From a virus: a DNA stretch of 64,000 nucleotides. The DNA lies in the IMG/VR virus record IMGVR_UViG_3300028029_000006, positions 184,236 through 248,235 of that record; one strand, 5' to 3'. Positions 19,751 to 30,279 of this stretch are shown in pieces. The notes under the pieces are model-generated. The model was given only the letters and a program-made list of their open reading frames with translations, was not told the origin of the DNA and did no database searches. The position numbers and the translations under genes were made by a program. Within the stretch, counting starts at the first letter, position 1. The number at the start of each line of letters is the position of its first letter.

Positions 19751-20699
19751 CTATCTTATCTTTCAAATTAAAAAATAACGCATCCCTTAGCTTATATCCA
19801 CATTCAAATCGTTTCTCATAAGATCTCTCGACCTCTTCAACGGAATAATGCTCTAAATACTCAATCTGACCCAAATCATCTCCCAAACCTAAATTGCCAA
19901 CCAAAATACCATTCAATAAAGCTTCAGAATCATTTAAATCAGGAGACACACAAAATCTATTAACTCCAGCAACCAAGCCATTCATTATTAATTGACTCTC
20001 TCCACCACAAAATAACCAATTAGCTGAACCAATTTTAGCTTCCCTCAACACCTTCAATTTAAATGGAGGAATGCATCTTAAAATTTTCCCCAACTCATCT
20101 CGCCTATTATCATCATTACTAATACCAATTCCATCAAATTTCTCTCCATCAACATCGGAAAAAGGAATCAACCACTCATAACCAGTTTTCAACTCAACAC
20201 CTTCAACCATTGCAAAAGGAGAACATACAAAAGTTTTTTCAGCTGGAGGTAGTTTTTTAGTGTTCTTACGATCAACTTCTAATAAACCTGTATATCGCAT
20301 ATCTCCATTCTGCCAAAACACACCATCCAACAAATGCACAGGACTGCAGTGCCATAATCTTAAACCTAATATACTAGCAAAATTTGACACAATCGGATCA
20401 TAATCACAAATTACCAAATCAGCATTAAAAGCATCCATTTCTTTCATTAATAATAAAGCTTGATCATAACCCATTAATGGTAAATGAGGATGATTGAATA
20501 ATTGATTTAATCTAACACGAGCTGCTCCTGTATAGCAATTGTAAACTGAATCCAACATCCAGTCAACCTTATCAACAGATCGGCTGCTTATATCATAAGC
20601 TGCCACCTTTATTTCATGGTCATCACCACAATTAGATAAAAATTGCTTTAATAATAAATCAGCTCCAACTCGCTTACCAGCCGAATAAATAATTTTCAA
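19734..20699 (-). CDS. glycosyltransferase (GT-B)-like protein, divergent
   Basis: MKIIYS, DLVICDYDP, GG.SQLI..L and E..LN...LG motifs. Confidence 0.45.
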   Translation of the reverse strand: MKIIYSAGKRVGADLLLKQFLSNCGDDHEIKVAAYDISSRSVDKVDWMLDSVYNCYTGAARVRLNQLFNHPHLPLMGYDQALLLMKEMDAFNADLVICDYDPIVSNFASILGLRLWHCSPVHLLDGVFWQNGDMRYTGLLEVDRKNTKKLPPAEKTFVCSPFAMVEGVELKTGYEWLIPFSDVDGEKFDGIGISNDDNRRDELGKILRCIPPFKLKVLREAKIGSANWLFCGGESQLIMNGLVAGVNRFCVSPDLNDSEALLNGILVGNLGLGDDLGQIEYLEHYSVEEVERSYEKRFECGYKLRDALFFNLKDKIDEINM

Positions 20700-20767
20700 A
20701 TCTTTAATCCATTATGAAATTTATGTCAATCCAAAAAATAACATCAAAAATATATAAAGAAGATAAT

Positions 20768-21100
20768 CTAGCTAATGCTATTGCCATTATCGTTATCATT
20801 ATGATAACTATCAAGCTTTTCACAAACTGTTGGAGGAACACGAAGAGAATGGTAACTAGTTTCCAAATCTGAAAAAGTTTTTGCCAAATCATCTCTTTCA
20901 TTTTCCCACTTCTTTAATTTTTTAGCGTCTGTCTTTGATTTGATTTTCAAATACTTCACATGAAGCAAACCACCAGACACAGTTAATAATAACCATAACC
21001 AACCGAAATTAAAACTTTTTATAAAAAATACATCTGTAATTATTCCAGATAATAAAACTAATAAAAGCACAGGGATCCATTTACCAATTCGTTCTATCAT
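20768..21100 (-). CDS. membrane protein
   Basis: Two hydrophobic segments. Confidence 0.55.
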   Translation of the reverse strand: MIERIGKWIPVLLLVLLSGIITDVFFIKSFNFGWLWLLLTVSGGLLHVKYLKIKSKTDAKKLKKWENERDDLAKTFSDLETSYHSLRVPPTVCEKLDSYHNDNDNGNSIS

Positions 21101-21379
21101 ACTTCACCAAACCTATTTATATACCATTTTAGTAGCTATTTATTACCATTTTTACTCCCAAAAATTCTTAAAATAATATACAATATATAAATTATTTCCG
21201 TTATTGATAGAATAAAAATAAACAACTTAATCCAAACGCTTAATATTGCCCCTTCCAACATCTGCTGTCATTTAATATAACAACAATGCTAGGTTACTCA
21301 ACCTCTTTTTTATTGTGACCAATATATAAGTTAACAACAAAGCTAACTCCAACAACACAACAACTTAAAATAAAATTTT

Positions 21380-21796
21380 TCATAACCACTTTAATCCTGT
21401 ATTATCATCTTTGTAACCTTGAGAGTATGAATTATTCTCTTGGGTAGGAATTGTTTCTACTTTATAATCTTTTACTTTTTCGTTGTACTCTTCTTCTGAA
21501 TATCTTACACCTTCAAGATGCCAATATTTACATCCATCAGCATATTCATAAGCTGGACCATTTACTCTATGATGTAAACCATTTACATACCAGCATTTAT
21601 CTCCATCAGCATATTCAATTGCTGGTAAATCATTCTCTCTATGAAGTTTTCCATTTATAAACCATTTTTTAGTTCCATCAGTCCGTTCAACAGCTGGTAA
21701 ATTATTCTCTCTATGAAGATCTCCATTTGGCAATCTCCAATGTTTGTTGCCATATTCATCTATATTGCAGGAAGATACCTCGTTAATAATGCTCAT
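21380..21796 (-). CDS. HRENDLPA-repeat protein with TGLKWL tail
   Basis: Three repeats plus tail. Confidence 0.82.
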   Translation of the reverse strand: MSIINEVSSCNIDEYGNKHWRLPNGDLHRENNLPAVERTDGTKKWFINGKLHRENDLPAIEYADGDKCWYVNGLHHRVNGPAYEYADGCKYWHLEGVRYSEEEYNEKVKDYKVETIPTQENNSYSQGYKDDNTGLKWL

Positions 21797-22088
21797 TAAT
21801 ATAACCTTTCTCACCAAAAGGATTCAGCCTAAAATCATCCCCCGGAATCTCAATATAATCACACTCAACCGGAATTTCAACCTCAATCTCAACTCCATCC
21901 ACTTTAATAATCTGAATGATTGATCCACAACCACTTGGACCACCTATCCTTCCTGCTTCAGCCCCTTCAGGAAGCCTTGGAGATTCATCTACCAACTCGA
22001 CCTCGTCTGCATCATTAAAAACCTCAGAGTCAACCACACAGCCACCCAACAAAATCAACAATAAAATATATTTCATTTTTTTCCTCAC
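21783..22088 (-). CDS. putative lipoprotein
   Basis: LLILLGGC lipobox. Confidence 0.55.
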   Translation of the reverse strand: MRKKMKYILLLILLGGCVVDSEVFNDADEVELVDESPRLPEGAEAGRIGGPSGCGSIIQIIKVDGVEIEVEIPVECDYIEIPGDDFRLNPFGEKGYINEHY

Positions 22089-22477
22089 AAACTAGTTAAA
22101 TAATCTTCTTCAAAAAAATCTTCACACTCAACCAAACCTTCATCATCAATGCAATCAATAAAAGTATTATATTCACATACGGAAACTTCTCCTTTTAAAT
22201 CTCTTAATTCAACTTTATAATTATCAAAATGATTATAAATATCAGTGATTAACCATCTGTTGCTATCACTCATATATACTTGATCAACCTTTAAATATAG
22301 CTCAAATGAACTTAATTCAACAAAATCTACCGATAAATATTCCTTAAACCAACAATCATCTTCCGATAATTGAACAAGGAAATCACTACCAATAATATTT
22401 ATTAGCGTATACCTCTTGTTATCTCGACAAAATTTCAAACCAATCATTCTTACCAACCGTTTCTGCAACTCCAACAA
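22085..22477 (-). CDS. hypothetical protein
   Basis: Operonic ORF. Confidence 0.55.
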   Translation of the reverse strand: MLELQKRLVRMIGLKFCRDNKRYTLINIIGSDFLVQLSEDDCWFKEYLSVDFVELSSFELYLKVDQVYMSDSNRWLITDIYNHFDNYKVELRDLKGEVSVCEYNTFIDCIDDEGLVECEDFFEEDYLTSL

Positions 22478-22860
22478 TTAAAATTAACATGGAATAAAGC
22501 ATACTTATAATAATCTCCACATTTTCCGCAATATACTCCAGATTTTCCAACCTCAGAATCCATTAATCTAAAATACTTGCTAGTCCCAAAGTTTGATACC
22601 GCAAAATCAACCTCATCACCAACTTTGTAAACAGTCATTCCATCGCTACCATCAAATCTTACCTTTGCAGTTGGCATTGGGATTCCAAATATTCCAATAT
22701 TGGATCTTACCTCTAATATTTCAACAAAGTTCTTAACATCATCTTGCCATAAACTCTCAAGAGAATCTCTATACTCCCATTTTTGACCAGCCTTAATGTG
22801 CATTGCATTTTTTATAATCACTTTTCTTCCTATATTGTTTTTATAAGCATTTTTGCTCAC
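22450..22860 (-). CDS. hypothetical protein with C-terminal Zn ribbon
   Basis: CGKC..CWSC. Confidence 0.55.
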   Translation of the reverse strand: MSKNAYKNNIGRKVIIKNAMHIKAGQKWEYRDSLESLWQDDVKNFVEILEVRSNIGIFGIPMPTAKVRFDGSDGMTVYKVGDEVDFAVSNFGTSKYFRLMDSEVGKSGVYCGKCGDYYKYALFHVNFNCWSCRNGW

Positions 22861-22904
22861 CTATATAGAAAAAGATTCACATAATAAAAGAATTAAATCA
22901 CTCT

Positions 22905-23609
22905 TTAAAATCTGCCAAGGTTGAATTTTTTATTGAAACCTTTTGATAAATCTTTTTGGTACCACTTTATATATTGCCAATATACTTTATTTTGAAACTC
23001 CTCAATAAAATCTTCTGATAATGTTTGATATTCAGAAATATTAACCCAATTTACTTTATCTTGAAATTCTCTTATAAATTCTTCTGATAATGTTTGATAT
23101 GCAGATACATACATCCAATTTACTTTATCTTGAAATTCTCTTATAAAATCTTCAGATAAATGCTGTTGCTGACAAGATATATTATCCCAATCTACCTTGT
23201 CTTTAAATGTTCTAATGAAATTTTCAGATAACGTTTGAGAACAAGATGCTTGTACCCAATTTATCTCATCTAAAAGATCCATAATAACTTTGGGCTTATT
23301 TTCAATTGCAACTTTTTCATTAAACTCTTCTTCAGTATAATATACTCCCTTCAAATACCAAGCTTTATAACCATTCTCCCACACAACAGCACAACCATCT
23401 TTTCTATGAAGCAGCCCATCTACCCACCAAGCTTTGCCACCTGAATCTTCAACAGCCGGGCCATCATCTCTATGACGTAAACCGTTTTTCCACCATGATT
23501 TTGTCCCATTATCATATTCAATGGCTGGCAAATCACCTTCTCTATGGCGTTTGCCATCTAAATACCACTCAGTCCTACTATCAAAAACTTTTACTTTATA
23601 TTCAATCAT
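22905..23609 (-). CDS. hybrid HRENDLPA-repeat plus Trp-repeat protein
   Basis: N-half has three HR-x-D repeats; C-half has 4-5 Trp repeats. Confidence 0.85.
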   Translation of the reverse strand: MIEYKVKVFDSRTEWYLDGKRHREGDLPAIEYDNGTKSWWKNGLRHRDDGPAVEDSGGKAWWVDGLLHRKDGCAVVWENGYKAWYLKGVYYTEEEFNEKVAIENKPKVIMDLLDEINWVQASCSQTLSENFIRTFKDKVDWDNISCQQQHLSEDFIREFQDKVNWMYVSAYQTLSEEFIREFQDKVNWVNISEYQTLSEDFIEEFQNKVYWQYIKWYQKDLSKGFNKKFNLGRF

Positions 23610-23611
23610 AT

Positions 23612-23851
23612 TCACACCAAATAATTTAATACCATTACCAATAAAATAAATGAATCCCATACCAAATGCATGATTTGATGAAATTTACTCATATTATCTT
23701 TACCCAAACTCTTATGAAAAATTACCAATCTCAATATATTTAAACCAAGTAATATTGTTATCCAAATATTAAAAGGAACAATTATACTAATAAAAAGAAG
23801 AATTAAACTTAAAAACATATTTAATCTTGACATAAAATCCCTATTTATCAT
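23612..23851 (-). CDS. membrane protein
   Basis: Hydrophobic segments. Confidence 0.5.
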   Translation of the reverse strand: MINRDFMSRLNMFLSLILLFISIIVPFNIWITILLGLNILRLVIFHKSLGKDNMSKFHQIMHLVWDSFILLVMVLNYLV

Positions 23852-24252
23852 AACTTGCCTCCATTAAAGGAAAACCAAAAATAAGCCAAATAGATTATAT
23901 AAAGAACTGGTTCAATTATATTAAGTTTACATTGATTCAACTCACCTTTAACTATTTTATAAAAAGAATAAGTAGAATTTAATAAAAGTAATAAAGATAA
24001 TAAAGATAATAAAACATTGGGTAAACTGATTAATAAAAAATAAACTGTAAAAATAAATGCATTACCATTCCTAATTAAACTACTCTTCTTTTTAGTTATC
24101 CGATCTCCATTCATAAATAAATAAATGAAGCTTAATAAAAATGAAAAAAACATCAAAAATAACCAAATATTACTTAAAAGAATAGCTAAAATTAATGCTA
24201 AAACACATATTAATACAGTAAAATAATTCGTCAATTGCTCTTCATTTCTCAT
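23848..24252 (-). CDS. multi-pass membrane protein
   Basis: Hydrophobic segments. Confidence 0.55.
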   Translation of the reverse strand: MRNEEQLTNYFTVLICVLALILAILLSNIWLFLMFFSFLLSFIYLFMNGDRITKKKSSLIRNGNAFIFTVYFLLISLPNVLLSLLSLLLLLNSTYSFYKIVKGELNQCKLNIIEPVLYIIYLAYFWFSFNGGKL

Positions 24253-24625
24253 ATTTATAAAATCTCCTCATAAAATCAATATTATTTAAACTTATATTTA
24301 AACCATCTCGACCAATAAAGCTGATCATATTAAAAGATTTTTCACAAATGGTAACCTTAAATGCTGACCTAGTGTTAGCCCAAATATCTCCAACCTTAAT
24401 TTCCAAAAGCTCCGATGACTTTATCTTACTTAAAGAAAACTTCACTCGACAATTCTTCAATGAATAATCTATGGTATAATCCTCATTAAATACCAAAGCA
24501 GTTATAACATCAGCATCAAAAGACATTACTCTTATTAAATATCTCACACTCTCCGAAGGCTTTGCTTCATAATTAATATTATAATATTTTCTAACTTTCA
24601 TCCTTAAATCCTTCCTTAAATTCAT
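24242..24625 (-). CDS. hypothetical protein
   Basis: Operonic ORF. Confidence 0.5.
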   Translation of the reverse strand: MNLRKDLRMKVRKYYNINYEAKPSESVRYLIRVMSFDADVITALVFNEDYTIDYSLKNCRVKFSLSKIKSSELLEIKVGDIWANTRSAFKVTICEKSFNMISFIGRDGLNISLNNIDFMRRFYKYEK

Positions 24626-25265
24626 TAGATAATTCTTGATATCTAAATATCATTTTCCAATCTACCTTATCTTTAAATTCTTTAATAAAATCTTCAGATA
24701 ATTTTTGACATACAGATATACTATCCCACCATACTTTACCCTTAAACTCTCTTATAAAACTCTCTGACATTTTTTGATGTCTAGATACATTAACCCAATA
24801 TACTTCACCCTTTAACCTCCTAATAGATGCTTCCGATAATGTTTGAAACTGAGATATATAAAACCAATTTACCTTATCTTTAAACTCTTGAATAAAATCT
24901 TCACACAAATATTGATGAATAGATATATAATCCCAGTTCACTTTATATTGAAATTCTCGAATAAAATCTTCTGATAATACCTGACATCTAGATATAATTT
25001 TCCAGTCTACCTTATCTTGAAACTCTCTAATAAAATCTTCTGATAATACTTGGTTTCTAGATACAGAAAACCAATCCGTTATTTCTATTAACTTATCCTT
25101 AAACTCTTCAATAAACTCTTCTGATAATTTTTTATAACAAGATATATCATTCCAATCCATTTTACCCGAAAACTCTCTAATGAAATTTTCAGATAAATCC
25201 TCCTCTCTAGATACAGTAAACCAATCCGTTATTCCCACCAATTCTACCAATGCTTCTTTATTCAT
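24591..25265 (-). CDS. Trp-repeat protein
   Basis: About 9 repeats. Confidence 0.85.
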   Translation of the reverse strand: MNKEALVELVGITDWFTVSREEDLSENFIREFSGKMDWNDISCYKKLSEEFIEEFKDKLIEITDWFSVSRNQVLSEDFIREFQDKVDWKIISRCQVLSEDFIREFQYKVNWDYISIHQYLCEDFIQEFKDKVNWFYISQFQTLSEASIRRLKGEVYWVNVSRHQKMSESFIREFKGKVWWDSISVCQKLSEDFIKEFKDKVDWKMIFRYQELSNEFKEGFKDES

Positions 25266-25686
25266 TTTTAACCTCGAATCTAAAACTTAAACCATCTGGA
25301 CGATATCTCCTCAAAAATATACCAACTCCCAAACATGACCTTATCCCAGATAACTCACCAATAAAATATATATTGTCGTCAGAATGTTCGCTCAATAACA
25401 AATTCACTCGCTCCTCAAATATATCCATGCACCAACGAGTGTCAAGACCAAAATCAACCTCTCCTCCACTTACCACATTCTTAAGCATAAAATATGTCTC
25501 AGAACCATCCAAACCTACATGATTCTCAAAACCGTCATATCTAGATGAATATACCAAACATGATACTTCATCGTCAAATTTTTCCAATACCTTAACAATA
25601 TACTCAACCTTGACTCGCTCAAGCAATTCACTACCTACTCGATCATAAATAAATCGATATATTTTCCCAACCTCAAAATCAATCAT
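25258..25686 (-). CDS. hypothetical protein
   Basis: Operonic ORF. Confidence 0.55.
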   Translation of the reverse strand: MIDFEVGKIYRFIYDRVGSELLERVKVEYIVKVLEKFDDEVSCLVYSSRYDGFENHVGLDGSETYFMLKNVVSGGEVDFGLDTRWCMDIFEERVNLLLSEHSDDNIYFIGELSGIRSCLGVGIFLRRYRPDGLSFRFEVKNE

Positions 25687-26866
25687 TAAAACTAACCTCC
25701 GATAATATCTCTATCTTTGAACTACGAATCTTCTTGTTATTATGTATAATTGCTCCAATACTCTCAATCGGAATTTTTACCTTGAATATTTTTCCTTTTG
25801 AATAATAATTCTTTGCTTTTTCAATTGTCCAAGAAGATAAACCAAATGAATTTTGATTATTAATATTCATATCACAATGACATTCATATGTTCCGCCTAA
25901 TTCATATTTATATTGAAAATTATAAACACTATGACCATCTTCTTTTACTGATTTATATGCTATAATTGCTGTTTCATTATCTACAATTTCATAATTAGTA
26001 TTTTCTTTAATATATTTTAATTTATCTTCAACTGATTTGTATAACCAATTTGTTTCAGGGTTAGGTTTATCTAAATTAAATTCTTTTCTGAATTCTTCAG
26101 ATAATTTTTGATAAGAAGATATTCGCCTCCAGTTTACTTTATTTTTAAACTCTCTAATGAAATCTTCTGATAATATTTGGTTTCTAGGCACCCATTCCCA
26201 ATCTACTTTATCTTTAAACTCTCTTATGAACTCTTCAGATAACTTTTGACAATATGATATATTTTTCCAACTTACTTTATCTTTAAATTCTCTAATAAAA
26301 TCTTCAGATAAATTTTGATTATAAGATATATTTAACCAATTAACTTCATCCTGAAACTCTCTTATGAACTCTTCTGATAACTTTTGACCAATAGATATAT
26401 CGGTCCAACTTACTTTATCTTGAAATTCTCTAATGAAATCTTCTGATAGTTTTTCATGCCAAGATACCCGACCCCAACATACTTTATCTTTAAATTCTCT
26501 AATAAAATCTTCAGATAATATTTGATATAAAGATACCTGACCCCAACATACTTTATCTTTAAATTCTCTGATAAAATTCTCTGATAACTTTTGATATCTT
26601 GATATATTTTTCCAATTTACTTTATTTTGAAATTCTCTAATGAAATCTTCTGATAATTTTTGGTAACAAGATACCTGACCCCAACATACTTTATCTTTAA
26701 ATTCTCTTATGAACTCTTCATATAAATCTTGAGAGCTAGATATATGATACCAATTTACTTTATATTCAAATTCCTCTCTTAATTCTTTTGTTAACTTACC
26801 ATCCAAATCAAACTTCATCTCTGAACAGTTATATTTATAAGCTATTTTTTCAATTAATTTTTTCAT
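25679..26866 (-). CDS. Trp-repeat protein with C-terminal AYK..FGLS..KIR domain
   Basis: About 10 repeats; paralog of 16141..16980. Confidence 0.85.
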   Translation of the reverse strand: MKKLIEKIAYKYNCSEMKFDLDGKLTKELREEFEYKVNWYHISSSQDLYEEFIREFKDKVCWGQVSCYQKLSEDFIREFQNKVNWKNISRYQKLSENFIREFKDKVCWGQVSLYQILSEDFIREFKDKVCWGRVSWHEKLSEDFIREFQDKVSWTDISIGQKLSEEFIREFQDEVNWLNISYNQNLSEDFIREFKDKVSWKNISYCQKLSEEFIREFKDKVDWEWVPRNQILSEDFIREFKNKVNWRRISSYQKLSEEFRKEFNLDKPNPETNWLYKSVEDKLKYIKENTNYEIVDNETAIIAYKSVKEDGHSVYNFQYKYELGGTYECHCDMNINNQNSFGLSSWTIEKAKNYYSKGKIFKVKIPIESIGAIIHNNKKIRSSKIEILSEVSFND

Positions 26867-27216
26867 TACCACTTCTCCTCAAAAAATCTCTTCTGCATAT
26901 TCTCTTGTGTCTCAAATGCCAAACTAGCAATCTTATCAGGTAACTCGCCCCACTCATCCTCATACCTTAATTCACAATCCAACTTCTCATCTGGCCACAC
27001 TTGATAACCACCCAACCGACGCAAATGCAAATGAGTTGCCTGACAAATTAAACATCTCTTAATCGTCTCAGCACCCCCGTCAAATACAATCCCAATTCGA
27101 TAATACTTAAATCCTCTCAATATCTTTACCTTACATGCTGCACACTTATGCTCAACTCTAGCACAAACCAAATTCTCATTATATACATCGTATTCATCAT
27201 CTACATAACTACTCAT
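26866..27216 (-). CDS. Zn-binding phage protein
   Basis: AR.EHKCAAC..I..G..Y..KRCLIC; start at MSSYVDD. Confidence 0.6.
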   Translation of the reverse strand: MSSYVDDEYDVYNENLVCARVEHKCAACKVKILRGFKYYRIGIVFDGGAETIKRCLICQATHLHLRRLGGYQVWPDEKLDCELRYEDEWGELPDKIASLAFETQENMQKRFFEEKW

Positions 27217-27217
27217 T

Positions 27218-27547
27218 TTAATTCCAAATCTTTCTGTTATATTCTTCTTCAGTATACTTAATACCTTCAAGATACCAATGCTTTTCACCATCTGCACATT
27301 CCATAGCAGGACCATTATCCCTATGACGTAAGTCATTTACCCACCAAAAATTAGTCCCATCTGGACACTCAACTGCTGGTTTATTATTCTCTCTATGAAG
27401 TTTGCCATCAACCAACCACCATTTTTCTCCATCCAGCCATTTTATGGCTGGTAAATCATTCTCTCTATGCAGTTTACCATTCGGTAATCTCCAAAACTTA
27501 TTGCCATATTCATCTGTTTCACATATTGATTTCATCTTACTTTTCAT
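27218..27547 (-). CDS. HRENDLPA-repeat protein
   Basis: Three repeats. Confidence 0.82.
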   Translation of the reverse strand: MKSKMKSICETDEYGNKFWRLPNGKLHRENDLPAIKWLDGEKWWLVDGKLHRENNKPAVECPDGTNFWWVNDLRHRDNGPAMECADGEKHWYLEGIKYTEEEYNRKIWN

Positions 27548-27549
27548 AA

Positions 27550-27951
27550 TTATAACCATCTCAATCCAGAATGACCATCTCTATACCCTTGTGAATATGA
27601 ATTGTTCTTTTGAATAGATGTTGTTTCTACTTTATAGTCTTTTACCTTCTCATTATACTCTTCTTCAGAATAATGAATATCTTCAATATACCAACGTTTT
27701 GTTCCATTTGGAAATATAATAGCTGGACCATTATCCCTATGAAGTAAGCCATTTACATACCAAATCTTAGATCCGCTTATATATTCAGCAGCTGGTAAAT
27801 TATTCTCTCTATGTAGTTTACCATTTAACCACCATTCTTTAGCTCCATTTATACCTTCATAAGCTGGTAAATTATTCTCTCTATGTAAATCTCCATTTGG
27901 TAATCTCCAACGTTTATTGCCAACTGAATCTTCTATCATCTCACTCTTCAT
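27550..27951 (-). CDS. HRENDLPA-repeat protein with SGLRWL tail
   Basis: Three repeats plus tail. Confidence 0.82.
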   Translation of the reverse strand: MKSEMIEDSVGNKRWRLPNGDLHRENNLPAYEGINGAKEWWLNGKLHRENNLPAAEYISGSKIWYVNGLLHRDNGPAIIFPNGTKRWYIEDIHYSEEEYNEKVKDYKVETTSIQKNNSYSQGYRDGHSGLRWL

Positions 27952-28138
27952 TCTTAAGTGTCTCCTTGAAAAATTGAAAATCATTCAACCAATTTAAATC
28001 CAACAAAACCTCATCCGCCCCCTTCAAATAAGCTAAGTCGTCCTCAACAACTTCGCAACGACAATTCCCAGACTCCTCAAAAATCTCTGCCACACAAACA
28101 ACCCAACCTCCGTAAATCGCCTCGTATAAATCACCAAC

Positions 28139-28357
28139 CTAAACCACCTTACCAGAAAAACCACATGCAGTACATATAAACTTGTCATCAACAACCCAAC
28201 CGTTCAAGCCACACATCACACTAGGACCCTTAACCCCCTTCCCCATCCTCATCTTCTCACCACATTCACACTCATCATTTATATTGTTTTCAACCAAACC
28301 ATTTAACTTCATGCCCTCAATTATCTCTTCAATACTCATAACCAACCTCCAACTCAA
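28139..28357 (-). CDS. small Zn-ribbon protein
   Basis: CEC..CTAC. Confidence 0.5.
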   Translation of the reverse strand: MSWRLVMSIEEIIEGMKLNGLVENNINDECECGEKMRMGKGVKGPSVMCGLNGWVVDDKFICTACGFSGKVV

Positions 28358-28517
28358 ATCCGTAATCCTTTATCATCGCCACAAAATCATAATAATATAA
28401 ATCCATCTCACAGCCTCCTGAAGGCTTTATTACTACTCCTCCCACCTCCGCCCATCTACCACTGCAATAACTTCGTAAAGACCCCGACACAGCCCTGGAA
28501 TCATATCACCATCATAC

Positions 28518-28901
28518 TTATACCTCTGACCAACAAATATAAATGGAGAAAAGCCCTCCAACTTCTCTCAAACCACCTCCCCTAGATAAATATCCAGAAC
28601 TATATCCCTGATCCTCAACAATAATATCATCTTCCAAATCATAATGACCCATGAAATAATCCAAATCAAGCGTACGATCAGATCCAATATGGATTAAATT
28701 AGATTTAAGGTTTATTCCCGTCACTTCGCTAGATAAAAATATACAATCATCTATTGATGAATAAACTTGCTTCCATTTATCTCCAACCTTAGGAAATCTT
28801 ATCTCATTCCACTGCTCCAACGCTTCCACTGCCAAAAAACGATCTCCAATGTCAAATATATTCATAGACCAAACTACCTCAGCATTGCAACCTTCATCCA
28901 A
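28518..28901 (-). CDS. hypothetical protein
   Basis: ORF; start uncertain. Confidence 0.45.
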   Translation of the reverse strand: MDEGCNAEVVWSMNIFDIGDRFLAVEALEQWNEIRFPKVGDKWKQVYSSIDDCIFLSSEVTGINLKSNLIHIGSDRTLDLDYFMGHYDLEDDIIVEDQGYSSGYLSRGGGLREVGGLFSIYICWSEV

Positions 28902-29827
28902 ATCAATCTCAATTCCCTTTACCCGTAAATCACCACCATTTCTGTACTTCCCTCAATCATTTCATATACTTATAACCAAATCTCACTAAATTCCACACCG
29001 ACTTTTTTTAAAATCCTACCCGATCTCTTAACCCAAAAAATAAAAACGAAATATCCTCAACCAACTCGATATTCTCACCAACCAAATACTCAATCCATAT
29101 CGAATTTGTTACATTATAATAACTAATTACTAAACCATAATATAAAATTATATACCAAACACTACCCAAAAAACTCAATGATATCATATATTTACAAACT
29201 TTCTGGCCAAAAATGACCGATGTAATTCAAATTTTCAAAAATATTAATTTTCTCGTTGTGGAATCTAACACCGATCCACTTTTGTGTCAAGATCTCCCAT
29301 AAAGTACCACAAAATCCCATGAATTCCCATGAAAAAATCATAAATCTAAAAGGTAAGAAAGATGACAACAACAATTATAATCACAACATAAATATAAGTC
29401 AATTTATATCTAATCTAAAATGTAGATGTAAAAAGTAAGATGAAGAATGATTAATATATAAAGAAGAGCTAAATTATAAAGATAAAAATGTATAAGATAA
29501 AAGGTGTATGATTAAAAGAAGTAAATGAATAAGAATATAAAAGGTATATGATTAAAATGTAAAAGGTAAGAGTAATGTATATATAATTATCTACTTATAT
29601 AGAATACGCAATGTACAATAAATATATAATCAAACCTTATACATATACACATACTTATCTTGTTCCTTTTGTTTCTACTCTTTTTCCCTTCTTTTTTAGC
29701 CATAACTCGTTTTTACTGGGCGCCCTGGGCAACACGTGCCCCATGGTAAACATTCTAACCAGGTCAAACCCCACACCATGGATCATTTTTTACCAGGTTT
29801 AATTTACTACCATGGATCTTTTTTTAT

Positions 29828-29864
29828 TCACTGAACATTACTCACTGAACATTACTCACTGAAC
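29828..29864. repeat. 14-bp tandem repeat (TCACTGAACATTAC, about 2.6 copies)
   Basis: Read directly from the sequence. Confidence 0.85.
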
Positions 29865-29880
29865 TAATTGCTTTTACTTT

Positions 29881-29896
29881 TGGCAAGGTTTTTGCT
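29881..29896 (+). promoter_or_regulatory. sigma54-type promoter candidate 1
   Basis: TGGCAAGGTTTTTGCT = GG-N10-GC, close to TGGCAC-N5-TTGCW. Confidence 0.5.
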
Positions 29897-29935
29897 ACGC
29901 ACATCGCGCACATTGATATATGAGAGAGAAGCGGC

Positions 29936-30218
29936 CAAGCCATTGATATCATTAGACAATTCCCCAAGTGCGGCAATCACTCCACATACCGCGACCGATC
30001 TGTCACACTCCAAGTGCTTGATATCATTGGCATGGTGCGACATGTTTGCCGCATGTGACAATCGTTCCACACTATGCGACAATCCTACCGCACCCGTAAA
30101 CCATTGATATCATTGGGATGGTGCGACAACAATGCCGCACCATGGGTAGGGCCCAACTGGCGAGGCGAGGCTAGGCGGTTGGCCCCCATGGTACGGCTCC
30201 AATGATATCAAGCACTTA
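29936..30218. promoter_or_regulatory. array of four IHF consensus sites and six 18-bp dyads (putative enhancer)
   Basis: WATCAANNNNTTR at 29936-48, 30011-23 and 30097-109 (minus) and 30206-18 (plus); dyads start at 29969, 29990, 30036, 30054, 30075 and 30122. Confidence 0.7.
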
Positions 30219-30225
30219 GGCTAGT

Positions 30226-30241
30226 TGGCATGGTGCCTGCA
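30226..30241 (+). promoter_or_regulatory. sigma54-type promoter candidate 2
   Basis: TGGCATGGTGCCTGCA, GG-N10-GC, with an IHF site just upstream. Confidence 0.62.
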
Positions 30242-30279
30242 TTGTCTGTATTCACCGGACACAACGGCCCAACGCCACT

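Noticed and set aside
16141-26167. DGR template/variable repeat pair
   Set aside because: Differences are not confined to adenines, both copies are coding, and no reverse transcriptase was seen
29969-30139. CRP/FNR sites
   Set aside because: Half-sites resemble TGTGA/TCACA but are spaced N8 rather than N6
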